Shown here: positions 53,546 through 56,350 of the stretch, piece after piece
Layout: each line of letters opens with the position of its first letter
Position numbering within the stretch: the stretch's first letter is position 1
Source of the DNA: Salinivirgaceae bacterium
GTDB lineage: Bacteria; Bacteroidota; Bacteroidia; Bacteroidales; SZUA-534
Reading direction: 5' to 3'
Length of the DNA: 56,350 nt
Assembly: GCA_024405635.1 (NCBI GenBank)
Contig: JAKSOL010000021.1
Location: 1 to 56,350, forward strand
Position numbers and translations under genes: made by a program
Notes under the pieces: generated by a model
What the model was told of the DNA's origin: nothing
The model's database searches: none
The model's input: the letters and a program-made list of their open reading frames with translations, nothing else

Positions 53546-53547
53546 AA

Positions 53548-53739
53548 TTAAGGATTATTTGTCAAGTATTGTACTAATTCTTTACACAAACCGAAATGCA
53601 TGGCATCTATAGAACTGCTATATGTTATACCTGCATCAAGGGGCAACTTTTTACCAAGTATTCTTTGACTGACTATTTCATGAGCATATTTAAATGCCTC
53701 ATAAACCTCGGGTTCAATATTACAGAAACCATCTCGCAA
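53548..53739 (-). pseudogene. Diverged toxin C-terminal remnant (63 codons)
   Basis: LRDGFCNIE...IDAMHFG aligns with LYDGFCNIE...IDPMHFG of the 643-aa ORF; begins immediately after the preceding stop. Confidence 0.75.
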
Positions 53740-54387
53740 TCATTCCTTATACTTTTCTATAAGAGTTTTTATTTCCAACAACAATGAACTGCATTCTAAA
53801 TAATTAAATTCAATATTTTTTATGGTTTGTGACAAAGTTTCAGACTCTGCCGATGGACAATTGTATTCTTTTTTCAACGATTTTATACACCCTCCACTCT
53901 CATCAAAATAGAACCTATATTCTGATGTCGGAAACGACCTAGTATCAAAGTCAAACAATGAAGATTGAGAATCACGAACATATATGAAATATATGCCAGA
54001 AGAATCATAATAACACTCCACTAATTGTGTGGTATAGGTATCGTTATTATCTAACATCCCATATATTTCAATTTTTTTTAGGATGTTGTCTGGTTTTCTA
54101 TAATAACGAGTAATTCTCTTCTTATAACCGTATCCATCTGATCCCTCCAAACTGTAATCTTTATAGTAATCATCAAGACCTAATATCGGATTATAGTATT
54201 CATATGAAAAATCAATTTCTTTTGTTTCATACATATGGCTATTCAATCTATAATCTATTGTGTACTTTTTGTATGCATCTTTAATGTATGCAATCCGACT
54301 TGTAATGCTATTATTTTGTTGTGACGTTGCACTTATGTAACAAATAGCACAAATAGACATTATCAAAATCCTTTTCATATTATTCAT
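53740..54387 (-). CDS. Candidate immunity protein 1 (secreted, cognate to the 643-aa ORF)
   Basis: Signal peptide; start overlaps the toxin stop (ATGAATAA); AT-rich. Confidence 0.65.
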   Translation of the reverse strand: MNNMKRILIMSICAICYISATSQQNNSITSRIAYIKDAYKKYTIDYRLNSHMYETKEIDFSYEYYNPILGLDDYYKDYSLEGSDGYGYKKRITRYYRKPDNILKKIEIYGMLDNNDTYTTQLVECYYDSSGIYFIYVRDSQSSLFDFDTRSFPTSEYRFYFDESGGCIKSLKKEYNCPSAESETLSQTIKNIEFNYLECSSLLLEIKTLIEKYKE

Positions 54388-54472
54388 CTTTTATGATTTT
54401 TGTTGCTTCTGATGTTGTAAATCCAAAATGCATAGGATCTATCTTTTTATTGAATGTTCCGCCCCATTGTAT
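54374..54472. repeat. 99-bp direct repeat, copy 2
   Basis: Covers the toxin 3' end plus the MNNM start of the next gene. Confidence 0.95.
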
Positions 54473-56311
54473 TTTGTCATTAGAGTTAATAAACGCATCG
54501 ATGATTTCTTTCTCGATATTACAAAAACCATCGTACAATAAATTATTACCAAATCCTATATTAGAAATACCTTTCTTCAAATTAAGGCCAAAAGTTGACA
54601 TGGTTTCATTTGGGAAATTGATTTGAAAATTTTCTTTAAATGATTTGATTGATGTTTCAAATTCAAGATACTTATCATAATTCAAACTATCGTTTACAAA
54701 ATTCATATTTAATATTTGATTTAAATCCACAAATAAACATTCTCCCTGTAAAACAGCACTATTTTCATTAACCATACTTCTAAGATAATGAGGAATAATA
54801 TTTTGGACCTTTTTGAGATTTTCCACAATATTTTTTTTACCGTTATGAATACCAGATAACATGAAGGTACTATCTTTTATAAAAGATATCATTTGTTTTA
54901 AATCATACAAACTAACATTATTAATATCAGATTCATACCGATTTATAGCGTCAAAATCATTAATCAACGTATCTATTGGCACGTTCTCAAATTTTGTTAC
55001 AAACTTTTCATGTGCATTTTTTATTTGGTCTACAGTTTTTTTTGAGCCGATATCAAATCCTGTCATTTGTTTAATGTAAAAAACAACATATATATTACTT
55101 CCTAAAATTTGAGGGTTTTTCCGTGGCAAAAAGTCGATAGCCATTCCTAATCCATGTTCACTGATTTTATTTGTACCATTAGGATCGTTCATGACACGCA
55201 TGCTCATAGCACCTATATTGTTCTTATATTTTGCAACAACTTCATTATAAGAGCCGGCATCGATTAATGATTGTTGCACATTATCTAATACTTCTGCAAA
55301 TTTTTTGTGTACATATAAATTTTTCTCTAAAAATGTTATGTTAGTGAAATTTTGTTTGATCCATTCAAACGGGTTCCCAAATCTTTGAATCCCTTCATAT
55401 GTCATATATATATCGCGAATATTTTTATATGAATCATATCTTTTTTCATCTGTTTGTCCTATAAGAAATTTATGCATATCTGGATATTTAACCCATTCCA
55501 AAGCAGCACCTTGCAAGATATTGAAAGTTGTGTCTACAGATGTTGAAATATACATCAAGCTATCACCTGATATTGCCTGATACAATAAGTCCTTAAATTC
55601 CTTCCATGATCGTACATCTAAAATTCCATCTATTTTCTTTCCACCAACCAACGACACACTAACCTTATATGGTCCATCTTCATACGAGATCGATTGTTTT
55701 TGCTCTTTATCCTTAAAACCATTCCATGTTAGTGAAGCATTGTTATCGGCTTTTTGCTTGGTTGTATGAACTATATTACCCAAGCTGTCAGCAACAACAA
55801 GTATAACTTCAAAATTTTCATTAGGATACTTTGCAATGATTCTCTGCGTACGTTCATCAAGAGTGTATTCTATTTCCAATTCACCAACACAAGGAGCAAA
55901 AGCATCGTTAAGTTTAGTAATTGACAAACTGATACTATCCTTATCGGCAGTTGCAATCATCTCACTCTTCTCCTCATCCGCCAAGAACCCAAACAACCCG
56001 CTGCCATGTTTTTCGTGCATCCAAGTCCACTGCTTGTGGTTCAAGGCTGTGCCACCATTGTAGTCCATTAAATTGTCCGTTGAGTACTGCGGTGCACTAA
56101 AACTCTCTGTTTCAGAAGAAAAAGTATGGTGCAACCCAAATGCGCCGTGGCCTAACTCATGAGCCACATATTTGGCGGCTGGCACGCCAAACAGAAATCC
56201 GTGCTGTCGGCCAATTGGCATATAGCCTGCCAATATATCTTTCATTGGCGTGCCATCTTCGTTAAGGCGCGTAACATTGTCAACTACAAACAAATAATAC
56301 CCATTGTGCAT
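54380..56311 (-). CDS. Putative polymorphic-toxin cassette: zincin (HELGH) stub + Ig-like domain + M15-family peptidase tip
   Basis: HELGHGAFGLHH...NLMDY near the N-terminus; SEHGLGMAID and WGG...DPMHF M15 motifs; no signal peptide; in-frame TGA at 56315-56317. Confidence 0.7.
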   Translation of the reverse strand: MHNGYYLFVVDNVTRLNEDGTPMKDILAGYMPIGRQHGFLFGVPAAKYVAHELGHGAFGLHHTFSSETESFSAPQYSTDNLMDYNGGTALNHKQWTWMHEKHGSGLFGFLADEEKSEMIATADKDSISLSITKLNDAFAPCVGELEIEYTLDERTQRIIAKYPNENFEVILVVADSLGNIVHTTKQKADNNASLTWNGFKDKEQKQSISYEDGPYKVSVSLVGGKKIDGILDVRSWKEFKDLLYQAISGDSLMYISTSVDTTFNILQGAALEWVKYPDMHKFLIGQTDEKRYDSYKNIRDIYMTYEGIQRFGNPFEWIKQNFTNITFLEKNLYVHKKFAEVLDNVQQSLIDAGSYNEVVAKYKNNIGAMSMRVMNDPNGTNKISEHGLGMAIDFLPRKNPQILGSNIYVVFYIKQMTGFDIGSKKTVDQIKNAHEKFVTKFENVPIDTLINDFDAINRYESDINNVSLYDLKQMISFIKDSTFMLSGIHNGKKNIVENLKKVQNIIPHYLRSMVNENSAVLQGECLFVDLNQILNMNFVNDSLNYDKYLEFETSIKSFKENFQINFPNETMSTFGLNLKKGISNIGFGNNLLYDGFCNIEKEIIDAFINSNDKIQWGGTFNKKIDPMHFGFTTSEATKIIKDE

Positions 56312-56350
56312 TATTCAAAAAACTAAGGATTTTAAACTATTAATGTTTCT

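Larger units (their letters stand above)
42012..56350. mobile_element. Putative integrative mobilizable element / island inserted at the tmRNA 3' end; right boundary not seen
   Basis: Mobility genes start right after ssrA; TACCCA repeats near the junction; no housekeeping genes afterwards. No integrase or second att copy in the window, so inclusion of 48-56 kb is inferred. Confidence 0.65.

Noticed and set aside
52662-54472. 99-bp repeat pair as a DGR template/variable repeat
   Set aside because: Only one mismatch, no reverse transcriptase in the window, and the repeat spans a stop/start junction as expected of cassette recombination.

Overview
Bacteroidota (probably Bacteroidales; inferred from TAnnTTTG promoters, the rpsL-rpsG-fusA-rpsJ order without tuf, and a T9SS cargo protein) chromosomal window. 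1-2911: a secreted collagen/tail-fibre-like repeat protein missed by the ORF track because it runs off the left edge. 3.1-20.3 kb: housekeeping genes (phoH, purC, tRNA-Gly, ribD, prmC, recX, guaB, OM barrel, HD hydrolase, recQ, kdsD-like). 20.6-37.6 kb: the str-S10-spc-alpha ribosomal supercluster. 37.7-42.0 kb: FKBP, SDR, VOC, exonuclease and tmRNA. Directly after tmRNA a putative integrated, partly decayed mobilizable element begins (DUF3853 pseudogene, frameshifted DUF6291-like gene, mobC, relaxase, HNH gene, T9SS cargo). It is followed by the most interesting region, a minus-strand locus resembling a polymorphic toxin system: an HELGH-metallopeptidase stub fused to an M15-type peptidoglycan-peptidase tip, three dissimilar secreted candidate immunity genes each preceded by an M15 C-terminal piece (one a 99-bp near-exact duplication), then an FN3 protein and an OM beta-barrel. 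A second candidate novelty is a structured, terminator-bounded non-coding unit at ~8065-8280 whose upstream motif also precedes the collagen-like gene. All family calls come from motif recognition by eye; no searches were run.
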